From the human T2T-CHM13v2.0 reference genome, Homo sapiens: a stretch of 64,000 nucleotides of DNA. Below, piece after piece: positions 1-27,445 of the stretch. The first letter of the stretch is position 1, and each line of letters starts with the position of its first letter. A program made the translations under genes and the position numbers. The DNA lies in NCBI RefSeq assembly GCF_009914755.1, contig NC_060925.1; one strand, given 5' to 3'. The notes beneath the pieces were generated by a model, which had not been told where the DNA came from, did no database searches, and saw only the letters and a list, made by a program, of their open reading frames with translations.

Positions 1-321
1 GCCTCCAAGGACGGGGTCCTCACTGAGGCCATGATGGACGCCTGTGTGCAAGATGCTGTCCAGCAGTACCGACAGAAGATGCGCTGGCTGAAGGCGGAGG
101 GGCCTGGGCGCGGGGTCGAGCACCCCCTATCCGGAGTCCAAGGCGAGACCCTCACCTCATGGAGCCTGGCCACGGACCCCTCCTACCCCTGCCTTGCCGG
201 CCCCTGCACATTTAGGATATGCTCCTGGATGGGGACTGGGCTGTGCCCAGGGCCTCTGTCCCCCAGGATGTCTTGTGGTGGCGGTCGGCCGTTCTGCCCC
301 CCAGGGCACCCCCTGTTGTAG
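1..321 (+). CDS. ATAD3B: ATAD3B last coding exon (5' end cut off by window edge), including the 62-aa B-specific C-terminal extension
   Basis: Frame 1 reads [67 protein letters not shown]...PPGHPLL*. It is paralogous to ATAD3A exon 16 but has GGA at 133-135 where ATAD3A has TGA. Confidence 0.95.
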   Translation, partial: ASKDGVLTEAMMDACVQDAVQQYRQKMRWLKAEGPGRGVEHPLSGVQGETLTSWSLATDPSYPCLAGPCTFRICSWMGTGLCPGPLSPRMSCGGGRPFCPPGHPLL

Positions 322-683
322 GCACTGGCTAGGGAGGGGCAGGCCTCCTTCCTGCCCCTCGAGACACTCTTGGGAGATGCATTTTCCGTCTGGCTCACAG
401 GGGGAGGGTGAGGCTTTGTACCCCAGCCCCTGCCCAGGCCACTGTGAGGGTGGGTGCTGGCTGAGCCCCTGGGGCAGAAGGAGTGGGGCAGGCGGGGTCT
501 TTGTTCTCGGCTCCCACAGCAGAGCCAGGTGAGGGGGGGCCTGCCAGGACTAGACAGAAGTGGGGCGGCCTGAACCCTGCTTCCAGCCATGGCCAGGGGC
601 CACGGAACCCGGCAGGGGTGTCTGAGGCCGCCCTGTCAGCTGGCCGGTCCAAGCCTGTGGCTGGAGCTGGTGTGTGTTTATCT

Positions 684-689
684 AATAAA
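684..689 (+). terminator. ATAD3B: AATAAA polyadenylation signal, proximal ATAD3B 3' end
   Basis: Same context (taataaagtcccaca) as the ATAD3A signal at 39167. Confidence 0.75.
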
Positions 690-1549
690 GTCCCACAGGT
701 GCCTCACCGCCGTGTCTCTCTATTGACTGACACTGCTCGGGGTTTCAGGGGCGCCCTAGCGTCCTCCTGGGGTCAAAGGTGACATAAGAGGCAGAGGCTG
801 GAGCTTTCTGGAGAATTTACTGATCACAGAGCGGTGTGCTTCACATCAGCCTCGCGCCACATCCGAGTTGGGGTCTGAATGCTGCCCGGGACTGCCGCCT
901 GCGCCCCACCAGCCCCTCCCTCCTGAAGGAGGGGCACCCCGAGAAGAATGAGGCTGCAGAGTGATGTGGGGGCCAGCGGTGACTTCATGACCACACTGCG
1001 CCCAGGTGTAAGAGGGCACGCTTCTGCCCAGGCATCGTCCATGGAAGACACGCAGTCGGCCACTGCAGCCTCGGTCCTGGGTGCCCTGGGGCTGGGTCAC
1101 TGGGGGCCACAGGCCACACTGGGAGACCACAGTCCTGGCATGCCATGCAGCTCCCTGTCCCCAGAGGTCTGCTCAGATGCAGAGAGCTCAGGAACCACAC
1201 TCGCTGCCTGAATTCTGGGAGCAGAGCGTGGTACCCACTGCCTGGCTGGGGCCTACTCTGGGACTGCAGCCCCTGTCCCCGCTGGCCCAGGCTTCCGGAG
1301 GCAGCTGCGTCCCTGTCTTGGCTCAAGGTCAGGCCGGAGGCCAGGCTGTCCACCTGCATCTGGAACCTGCACAGTCACTCCTCCAGGTCCTCGCTGCTGG
1401 AGGACTCTCAGACAGGAAACCTTTGCTTTGGGGGCAGGGTGGGGTGCAGGGGTGGTTGGGGGAATCACAGCAACGAGACAGCACAGTGCCATGGCGCAGA
1501 GCCTCATATTGGTCGATGAAACAATGCTTTCTGAACTTTGTGTCCTTAG

Positions 1550-3285
<1,736 letters not shown>

Positions 3286-3287
3286 TG

Positions 3288-7744
<4,457 letters not shown>

Positions 7745-7745
<1 letters not shown>

Positions 7746-8430
7746 AAAAGCATATGTATCATGATAAAATGGACACTTTACCCATCGCCTGACTTTGTGT
7801 TGAATTGGGCAAGAGCCTCCTCCCGTCCACGTGGGATGGCCTTCCTGATGTGGCTCTCCAAGACCATCCCTGGAGGGCATAAAACCTCACAAATGCATCA
7901 GGCCGTGTGCTGGGGATGGGGCATCGTCACGCCAGGTCTGACTAGGAAGGAGGATGGGGAGGCAGGGCTGGGGGCTTTGAGGTCGAGGCGTGGCCGTGGA
8001 TTCCAGAAAGCCCCTTGGCTGGTGTGGTGCCTGCCCAGCGGCATCCGTGTATCCTAACACCCGCCCTCTGTGCCCCTGTGCCTGCAGGCCACATCAAAGG
8101 ACGCCCTGAATGTGGCACAGATGCAGGAGCAGACGCTGCAGTTGGAGCAACAGTCCAAGCTCAAAGTGAGTGGGGCCGGTGTGGGTGGGGAGGCCGGGGC
8201 GCACATGGGGTTCGGGCATGGAGATTGGTAGGGCTACTGCCGGTGGGTAGGGCTGGTGGCATGTACATGGGCAGCAGTGGGGTGCAGGGCCGAGCTTGGG
8301 CGCCTCATTTCACAGAAGGAAACAAGGGGAGGTGAGAGACAGTGCCGCAGAGCCTCCCGAGAGGGAGGGCCAGTGTTGGTGAGGGCGTCTGGTTGTCCGG
8401 AGGATGGGGATCTTCTTGACATTCTCACCT
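7745..8430 (+). pseudogene. ATAD3 relic: copy of intron 1 end / exon 2 / intron 2 start; orphan exon 8088-8165
   Basis: High identity to 20170-20890; AG acceptor at 8086-8087 and GT donor at 8166; 78 nt versus 77 nt in ATAD3A; reads [26 protein letters not shown]. Confidence 0.9.
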
Positions 8431-8460
8431 CATTTCTTTTCACTCAGCAGAATTTTTTTT

Positions 8461-8485
8461 GCATTGCATTGCATTGCATTGCATT
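8461..8485. repeat. (GCATT)5 microsatellite in an Alu tail
   Basis: Direct reading. Confidence 0.85.
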
Positions 8486-8489
8486 TTAA

Positions 8490-9175
<686 letters not shown>

Positions 9176-9432
9176 GAACAGGAGTGTGGTCGACTGCTGG
9201 GCCTGCCATAACCACTGGGGCGTGTGTGCCCACAGCTCTGAAGACTACAGGCCCAAGGTCAGGGTGCCAGCTCAGTCCCTCCCTGTGGAGTGTTCTTTGC
9301 TGGGTCCTCATGTGGCGGAGAGAGTGACTGAGCTCTCACTCTGGTGTCCCTTACAAGGATGCTCATCCTGCACTGCTCACAGTGGTGGTGGTGAGCCACC
9401 GCGCCCAGTGCCAACTTTGTCCTTCAACAGTT

Positions 9433-9458
9433 TGTGTGTGTGTGTGTGTGTGTGCGCG
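9433..9458. repeat. (TG)n(CG)n microsatellite
   Basis: tgtgtgtg...tgcgcg. Confidence 0.9.
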
Positions 9459-9469
9459 CCAGGCACAGT

Positions 9470-10651
<1,182 letters not shown>

Positions 10652-10769
10652 TCACTTGAACCCAGGAGGTGGAGGTTGCAGTGATCTGAGATCGTGTCAC
10701 TGTCTTGCAGCCTGGGTGACAGAGTGAGACTCCCTCGCAAAAAAATAAAATAAGTTTTTTTTTTCCCTT

Positions 10770-12330
<1,561 letters not shown>

Positions 12331-13947
12331 TGGAGATTTTAGGTTCCCAGAAAAATTGCAAGGGTAGCACAGAGAGCTCCCGGGCCTGGGGCCTCGCCAC
12401 GTGGTGAACGTCATGTGTCACTGTTGGCCCCACCCGCGACTGGGTCTTGCCCCAGAATCCCACCCAGGAGGCCACGTGACATTTAGCTGTCACTTCTGGT
12501 GGGCTCCTGCCAGGTCCCGTGCTTCCCAGAGGGGTGGCCCCGTGAGCATCTGCGTAGCCCCTTTCCTCTGCTGGGCCCTGGGTGAGGTGCAGCCACTCGG
12601 GTGGACCCTGAGGGTCCCTGCACCTGTTTGCCCTCTCTTGGGTGGGCTCAAGACCAAAAATGATGTTGAGCAGTCCTGGGCCCCTGAGCCACAGTGGCGG
12701 TACGGCTCCAGTCAGTGTCTCCTGCGCTCCTGGGCCCCTGACCCACAGTGGTGGTCCAGCTCCGGTCAGTGTCTCCCCACACAGTGGCTCTTGGCGAGGG
12801 ATGGGCGCTGGCAGAGGGGACGGGCACCACGTGGTCATCCCCATGGCAGGTTCTATCGTGGCGACGGTGTTGTGGGAGGATGGTGTGCTGCTGCCCCTGC
12901 ACCCCGTGAGATGAATCCTGCCTCTGGGAGGCATAGCTGGGATGGGGCTAGGGACCCGCTCAGCTGTCCGGGAAGGGTCCCCTGCCCTGTGCTTCCTCCA
13001 GGCGTCCTGGTGCCCTCCTGAGCACGGCGCCCAGTGGGGGTCCCCACACCCTGACCCTGACCCACGGGTGACTCCCTTTGGGGACTCCATGCCCTTTTCT
13101 GGCATTAGGATGGAGAGTGACCTGTCTGGCAGAAAGGCTGGACCTGAGGCTGCCTGAAGCGACACCGAGGGCCACAGCCCCAGCAGCTCCAGCCTTCACA
13201 TGCTAGATGCCAAGCCCTGTGCCCAGGAGGACAGGAAGGTGGGGCAGGGGTGGCCTTGGTGCCACCAGCCACGTGCCTCAAGGTGGGCAGTGGCTGCCTC
13301 TGCCCTGGAGGCCTGTGAGGGTCAGGGTCTGAGGGTCTGAGGTGCACTATGACCCGGGGGCACTGCCTGGCCACGGCTGAGACACGCAGAGGGTCTGCAG
13401 TTCCCACCTGCCTCTCGGAAGCTGCCCTGGGTCGGCCGTCAGTGAGGCTCCGCCTTGGGCTTTCTATTATTAGAAAGTCATTGAGCAACAGCAGTGCTGA
13501 GGACGCAGGCAGGGCTGTGGGCACTGCAGGGGCTGCCCCCGGTGTCCACACACGTGCTGGGCTCTGCCGAGGTGCGGGAAGCCTGTGTTTCACGCTCAGG
13601 CCATCCTGGAGCCCCTGGTTTGGTCCCTCCCCACCTCGGGGCCCTGGCGTGCATTTGGGGTGGGGGGTTCCCATGGCGGCCTCCCTCAGCTCCCTCTCTC
13701 CCCACTAGGCCACGGCGTATGCCTCCGAGGACGGGGTCCTGACCGAGGCCATGATGGACACCCGCGTGCAAGATGCTGTCCAGCAGCACCAGCAGATGAT
13801 GCGCTGGCTGAAGAGGGGGAGGCCTGGGCCCGAGGACGAGCAACCCTCATCCTGAGTCCATGGGGAGACCACACCTCACGGAGCCTGGCCGCGGACCCCT
13901 CCCACCCCTGCCTTTGCGGCCCCGCACATTTAGGAAATACTCCCCGT

Positions 13948-13953
13948 AATAAA
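13948..13953 (+). terminator. AATAAA polyadenylation signal of the orphan terminal exon
   Basis: taataaagtcccac context conserved with ATAD3A and ATAD3B. Confidence 0.65.
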
Positions 13954-14304
13954 GTCCCACGGGGGCCGCACCGCTGTGTCTATTGGCTGGGGCGGGGTTT
14001 GGGGCCCCCTAACGTCCCCCTGGGGTCAAAGGTGACAGAAAAGGCAGAAGCTGGGGCTTTCTGGAGGATTTAACCACAGAGGGGTGGGCTGCACAGGAGG
14101 TGCCTGCCACGGCAGGGCCGGGTGCCCGTGCCCCATCCTGAGGCCGTGCATACGCGGGTGCCCTTCGCCTCCCTCCCCTCCGCCAGAGCTGCCTGTGGCC
14201 AGACACACGGTGGAGGGAAGTGCACGCGAAACAGACACAGCGGCTTCAAATAGATGCCGCCCCTGCCCGCGCTTTGCAGCTAGTCCCTGCAAACCTTGAT
14301 GATG

Positions 14305-15387
<1,083 letters not shown>

Positions 15388-15908
15388 TGTTATATGTAAA
15401 TTTTCTGTGCCGCCAAAGAAGTAGAACTCGAATATAAATTTTTCTCAGCTAGATAATTTACTTCTATAGAAGGGGACATCTCATAGATGGAGCAATGGCG
15501 AGCGCTTGGACAAGGGAGGGGAAGGGGTTCTTATTCCTGACGCGGGTAGCCCCTACTGCTGTGTGGTTCCCCTATTGGCTAGGGTTAGAATGCACAGTCT
15601 AAACTAGTGCCCATTGGCTATTTTAAAGGGAGCAGGAGTATGGGCCAGAGTGGCGGGGTGAGTGGTTTGGCGGGAAAAATGGTTATGGGACAGGTAACTA
15701 AAGGTGACTCAGGTCAAAGCAGGAGACCGGGATTAGTTAGGACGGAGCAGGTGACCAGGGCAACAGATGTCAACTACTGACTAGAACTGGTGGAAAAGGT
15801 TGTTTACTGAAACTGCGAGGAAGGTAGACTTTAAAATGCAGGACAAAGACTGAACATACTGATATACTGATTCTTTGAAGGGAAGTTTAGAACTCATTGT
15901 ATCTAACA
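15388..15908 (-). mobile_element. LTR10-family (ERV1/HERV-I) LTR upstream of the ATAD3A promoter
   Basis: Minus strand starts TGTTAGATACAATGAGTTCTAAAC..CAAAGAATCAGTATATCAGTATGTTC and ends ..TATAACA, like LTR10 consensuses; subfamily not determined; no TSD seen. Confidence 0.75.
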
Positions 15909-15989
15909 TTATTCAGGCTTAAAACAGTTTCCAATCCAGTGGGAAAAGTCACTCCATATATTCCGTGAAGTCAACCAGTTCCATCAAGG

Positions 15990-17408
<1,419 letters not shown>

Positions 17409-20400
17409 TGATTCTAACGAGACTAGCAGATTTGCACTTCTTGTTGGAAGACGTTAGCATTTGCACGGCGAGGTCTGTGAAGCCACAGGCCAGGCCGTGC
17501 TGCTCAGCTTGAGTAAACCCCTGACCCAAGGCCCTCAGGGTGTGAGCACTCACCATGTTGTTCAGGCTGGTCTTGAATTCTGGCCTCAGGTGATTCGCCC
17601 ACCTCGGCCTCCCAAAGCGCTGGGATGACAGGCGTGAGCCGCTGCTCATGGCCTTCCTCGGTAATTTTAACCATCAGGTTAGGATGGGAATCAAGGGCTG
17701 GACTTCAGGGCACCTCGGAGGACAGCGGATGTTGGTGACTGACTTTCTTGCTGCAGGCTTATTTGGAGGGTTCCTTTGTGTCCTAGTTCCTGGGGGTTTT
17801 CACCCGCTAACTTCACTTAGAGATTGAAACTTCTCCCACTTCCAGAAGCTGAATCGTAGTGATCAGCCTGCGGCCCCCTGCAGTGGTACAGGCCTGGTTG
17901 AGCAGCCTCAGGCCGCCTCCCCATAGTGCAGACCTGTGCCTCTGAGTTGCTCCAGTCCTGGCGGCCCCGGAGCTCCTGACCCGCAGTCCGCTCTGCCGGC
18001 GTTGCCAGTGCCTTGGTCTGCCCTCTCTGTGGTGGAGCGGGGCCCGGGGCAGGGTCTCCAGGTGCACCGTGGGGAGCCCTCCATCAGGCTTTTGTTTCCT
18101 GTGGATTGTGTTCCAGGTGTGGGCTCTTTCATTCTGATCCCTTCCCTCCTTCCTGGCCTCACTGCTGGCAGGTGAGAGAGGTTTCTCCAGAGTTGACTGC
18201 CCCCTTTCCCCGGGTGCCCCCTGCCCTGCCCCTCTGCCTGGTAGCCCCTCTGCAAGCCCGGCCCCTCCCGACGCTCCTGGCTTCCTCCGTGCCCCTTTCC
18301 TGGCAGCGGGTCGCCGAGATTCGGCCGGAGCCCATTGCTTTGTCCTTGCTGCTCTCCAGGCAAACGGGCGGCTCCTCCTCACCGACTGCCTCCTCTGTCC
18401 CTTGAGGCTATAGCCCCATGCCGCCTGGTTCCCAGAGTGCCCTGACCCCTCCTCCGGCCTGTCCTTGGAAGTCACAGCAGTACATTATCCCAGAACTGTC
18501 TGTGAGCACCAGCGCTCGCCCTGCACTCCACAGAGGGGGTGCCTGGAGGAGAGCCTCGTGCCCTGTGGGTGTGAATTCACGCGCTGGGACGCACGTCCCT
18601 GGCACAGGGTCACACCAAAGTGGTGAATGATTGTTCTCACTCTAATAACCGAGAGGCCACACGGGCACCTGACCTGCTCTTTCCCCTCTCCTCCTCCCCA
18701 GAGTCACTGGGGGTAGGAACTGTCAATGAGCCATTTTCAGGGGAGGGAGTGGCCTCAGCTTAATCCAGCCAAAGGTCCCCTCGGGAGGAAACAGGCAGAG
18801 CTCCTCACCGTGACACCCACGTTCCTGTCACTGCTCTGTGGCAGGACCCTGGGTGACTGACACACCCTCAGTCCCCTCGGGGTCAGAGTGAGAGTGGTTG
18901 AGAGCCCGGGGTCGCTTCAGCCCTTGGCTTCCCGAGCTTAGCAGCCAAACCCGTTGACCTGGCACTGTCTTCCCTGAGAGGCAGGTCCCGGTCTCATCTG
19001 TGCTCTGTTCACTGGGGCCCCCGAGGTTAGCTACCAAGGCGCTTCCTGAAATCTGACACTGATGCCCGTCAGCCCAGTTCGTGCCTAACCACAGGCCCAA
19101 GCAGACCCACCCCAACACCAAAGCGTCGCTGCCTCTGTCTAAATGCAACGAGTGCTCCCCACGGCACTTCCCCCTGCGTCAGTCACCTCCAAAAATTACA
19201 CCTGAGCTGAGAACAGACGCTGGGCTCTAGTTAGTGACGTGTTTGCTGCAGTTGACTCTGAAGGCTTAAAAAAGTGAGACGGGCTGCGGGAGGAAGAGAG
19301 ACGGGAACAACGCACCAACCCAGGAGCATCGGGGGTCCCTGCCTACTTTACGTGTCTTTCTGTGTTAGCAGATTTATATGTTTATTTATTTATTTGAGAT
19401 GGAGTTGCCGTCCGTCGCCCAGGCTGGAGTGCAGTGGTGCAACCTCGGTTCATCGCAACATCCACCTCCTGGGTTCAAGCAGTTCTCCAGCCTTGGCCTC
19501 CCAAGTAGCTGAGATCACAGGCGTGCACCACTGTGCCCTGCTCTTTTTTTGTCTTTTTAGTGGAGACAGGGTTTCGCCATGTTGGCCCGGATGGAGATTT
19601 TTCTTTTTTAAGTCTCTCTCTGTCTAGCTGGAGTGCAGCGGTGCGATCTGGGTTCACTGCAGCCTCTGTCTCCGGGGTTCAAGCCATCCTCCCACCTCAG
19701 CCTCAGAGTAGCTGGGATTACAGGCGTCCGCCACTGCGCCCAGCTAATTTTTGTATATTTAGTAGAGATGGGGTTTCACCACATTGGTCAGGCCGGTCTC
19801 TAACTCCTGGACTCAAGTGATCCACCCGTCTCAGCCTCTCAAAGTGCTGGGAGTACAGTAGTGAGCCACCGCGCCCAGCCAAAAGATTTTTATGGTAAAG
19901 TTTTATGATGGGAAAACTGTCATCCCAGAAAATTTTGAGACCTGATGCTGAGGCCTCAGCAGCTCAGAGAATACGTACTTCTGTCCCACGACACCCAAAC
20001 ATCGACCTGTGTCAGTTCCCCTCTAGGAACAAAACGTAACTGAGGACGTTGTCAGATGCTTGTCCTCGTCACCCTGAGCTTGTTGGCTGGTATCCTATTC
20101 TTATTCATTCCCTTTCTTGCCTGCATGTGCTTGATAGCAGATCAATGACAACAGCCATTGGAAGCTTAGGAAAAGCGAATGTAACGTGAAAAAATAGAGG
20201 ACACTTTAGCCATCGCCTGACTTTCTGTTGAATTGGGAAAGAGCCTCCTCCCGTCCACGTGGGATGGCCTTCCTGATGTGGCTCTCCAAGACCATCCCTG
20301 GGGGGATAAAACCTCACAAATGCATCAGGCCGTGTGCTGGGGATGGTGCATCGTCACGCCAGGTCTGACTAGGAAGGAGGATGGGGAGGCAGGGCTGGGG

Positions 20401-20515
20401 GCTTTGAGGTCGAGGCGTGGCCGTGGATTCCAGAAAGCCCCTTGGCTGGTGTGCGTGCCTGCCCAGCGGCATCCGTGTATCCTAACACCTGCCCTCCGTG
20501 TCCTTGCGTCTGCAG

Positions 20516-20592
20516 GTTATGCCAAGGACGCCCTGAATCTGGCACAGATGCAGGAGCAGACGCTGCAGTTGGAGCAACAGTCCAAGCTCAAA
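20516..20592 (+). CDS. ATAD3A: ATAD3A exon 2 (77 nt)
   Basis: AG/GT bounded; [25 protein letters not shown]. Confidence 0.95.
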
Positions 20593-21658
20593 GTGAGTGG
20601 GGCCGGTGTGGGTGGGGAGGCCGGGGCGCACATGGGGTTCGGGCATGGAGATTGGTAGGGCTACTGCCGGTGGGTAGGGCCGGGGGTGTGTACATGGGCA
20701 GCAGTGGGGCCCAGGGCCAAGCTTGGGCGCCTCATTTCACAGAAGGAAACAAAGGGAGGTGAGAGACGCTGCCGCAGAGCCGCCCGAGAGGGAGGGCTGG
20801 TGTTGGTGAGGGCGTCTGGTCGTCCGGAGGGAGGGCCGGTGTTGGTGAGGGCGTCTGGTCGTCCGGATGGCCTGGATCTTCTCATTTCATTACACTCAGC
20901 AGGATTTTTTTGTTTTATTTCGTTTTATTTATTTATTTTGAAACGGAGTCTCTGTTTCCCAGGCTGGAGTTCTGTGGTGCCATCTGGGCTCACTGCAACC
21001 TCCGCTCCTGGGTTCAAGCAATTCTCCTGCCTCAGCCTCCTGAATAGCTGGGATTACAGGCACCCGCCACCACACCTGGCTAATTTTTATATTTTTAGTA
21101 GAGTCGGGGTTTCACCATGTTGGCCAGCCTGGTCTTGAACTCCTGACTTCAAGTGATCCACCTGCCTCGGCCTCCCAAAGTGCTGGGATTACAGGCTTGT
21201 GCCACTGTGCCTGCCTTGTTTCATATTATTATTTTTTTATAGACAGAGTCTTAGTCTGTCTTCCAGGCCGGTGTGCAGTGGCGTGATCTCAGCTCACCGC
21301 AACCTCTACCTCCCGGGTTCAACCTCTTTCCTCAGCCTCCGAGCAGCTGGGACTACAAGAGCCCGCCACCACATCTGGCTAATTTTTGTATTTTTAGTAG
21401 AGATGGGGTTTCACCATGTTGTTCAGGCTGGTCTCGAACTACTAACCTCAGTTGATCCACCCACTTTGGCCTCCCAAAGTGCTGGGATTATAAGCGAGAG
21501 CCGTCGCACCCGGTCCACTCAGCAGGATTCCTAAAATAAGCATGAGCTCTGCCCTCAGTGCAGTCCAAAAGGGGGTGTCCGGCCTCCCTCCCGGGGGGCC
21601 TTCGCGGGCTTCTGCTGGTGCTTCTGTGCCTGTGGGTCTGGATTCCTCCAGGGCCTGA

Positions 21659-22120
<462 letters not shown>

Positions 22121-22219
22121 TGAGGCTGATGGCGCGTCGGAGTCCCCGGCGCTCCGCCCAGTCGGCCCAGACTGCAGCTCCCGGCTGAGATGTGTCTTTG
22201 CCGCCCTCTTCTCCCCCAG

Positions 22220-22279
22220 AGGGCCCAGTATCAAGACAAGCTGGCCCGGCAGCGCTACGAGGACCAACTGAAGCAGCAG
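22220..22279 (+). CDS. ATAD3A: ATAD3A exon 4 (60 nt)
   Basis: RAQYQDKLARQRYEDQLKQQ; AG/GT. Confidence 0.95.
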
Positions 22280-22419
22280 GTGAGCTCAGCCTCCCCTGCG
22301 AGGCGCCTGCGTCCCTGAGAACGTAGGTGGCTTTGTGGGACCAGTCAGTGGGTCAGAGGCCACGGGGCAAGAACGCTGGGGTTGCTGACGGTGGGTGCTA
22401 GAGCAGGGGAAACTACTCG

Positions 22420-23914
<1,495 letters not shown>

Positions 23915-24384
23915 TAGAGAAAGGGTTTCACTGTGTTGGCCAGGCTGGTCTTGAACTTCTTGATCTCATTATCCGCCTGCCTTGGCCTTCCACAGTGCTG
24001 GGATTACAGGCGTGAGCCTCTGCGTTCTGCCTAGAACATGGGTCTTTACTGTCCTGGTTTCAGTGGGGATCACAGGTATTTGGTGCCATGTGGCATTTGT
24101 TGGCGAGTGCTCCAGGCAAACGTCTGTCACCACTCTTCACCGTGGGTGGGCTTGTGGCGAGGTGTGTGCGTTTAATGTTCAGTAGCCAGGCACGTGGCAC
24201 GTCACGCGTGTCTGAGTTCTGACAGCTGTGTTTCTGTGTGAGGGGGGCTTCCTTCAGAACTCCGCGTTCTGGTTTTTTGCTTCAAAGAGCTCGTCCTGAG
24301 AAGTTGCCTAGGCCTCTGGGTCGGATTTCTGCCCTAATCCATGGGCAGGGCCGGCCTGTGGCGCTGTCCCTACCAAGGTCTGTG

Positions 24385-24811
<427 letters not shown>

Positions 24812-24917
24812 TGAGCACTGCCGAGGCCCGGGCCGGCCACAGATGGAGCCCCGCAGGTGTGAGTCGCTGGTCCCAGGGCGCTCTCCAGCTCTTCCAGGCC
24901 TTGCCGCCGTAGGCTGA

Positions 24918-25223
<306 letters not shown>

Positions 25224-25309
25224 TAGCTCTCCCAGCAGGGAGGAAGCCCACGTTGTACCTGCTGGCCTCGGCTTCTCCTCCCTTCTCAAGCTGGGAGAAG
25301 AAAACGCAG

Positions 25310-26845
<1,536 letters not shown>

Positions 26846-27055
26846 GCCTAATTGATTTTTAAAACGAGTTAGAGATTTTGGGTTAGTCTTGTTTTCCAGG
26901 AATAAAGTACCATTTTTAGTGGCCAAGAATGTACCAGAGGGTGTGGCCCTGTGACATCCGGCTGGGTCTGTCCAGGGCCCCGCTCAGCGACCGAGGCTTT
27001 CTAGGATTTATGCTGCCAGTTGCAGAGAAAATGGCCCTGAGTGAGGGCGCTGTGA

Positions 27056-27445
<390 letters not shown>

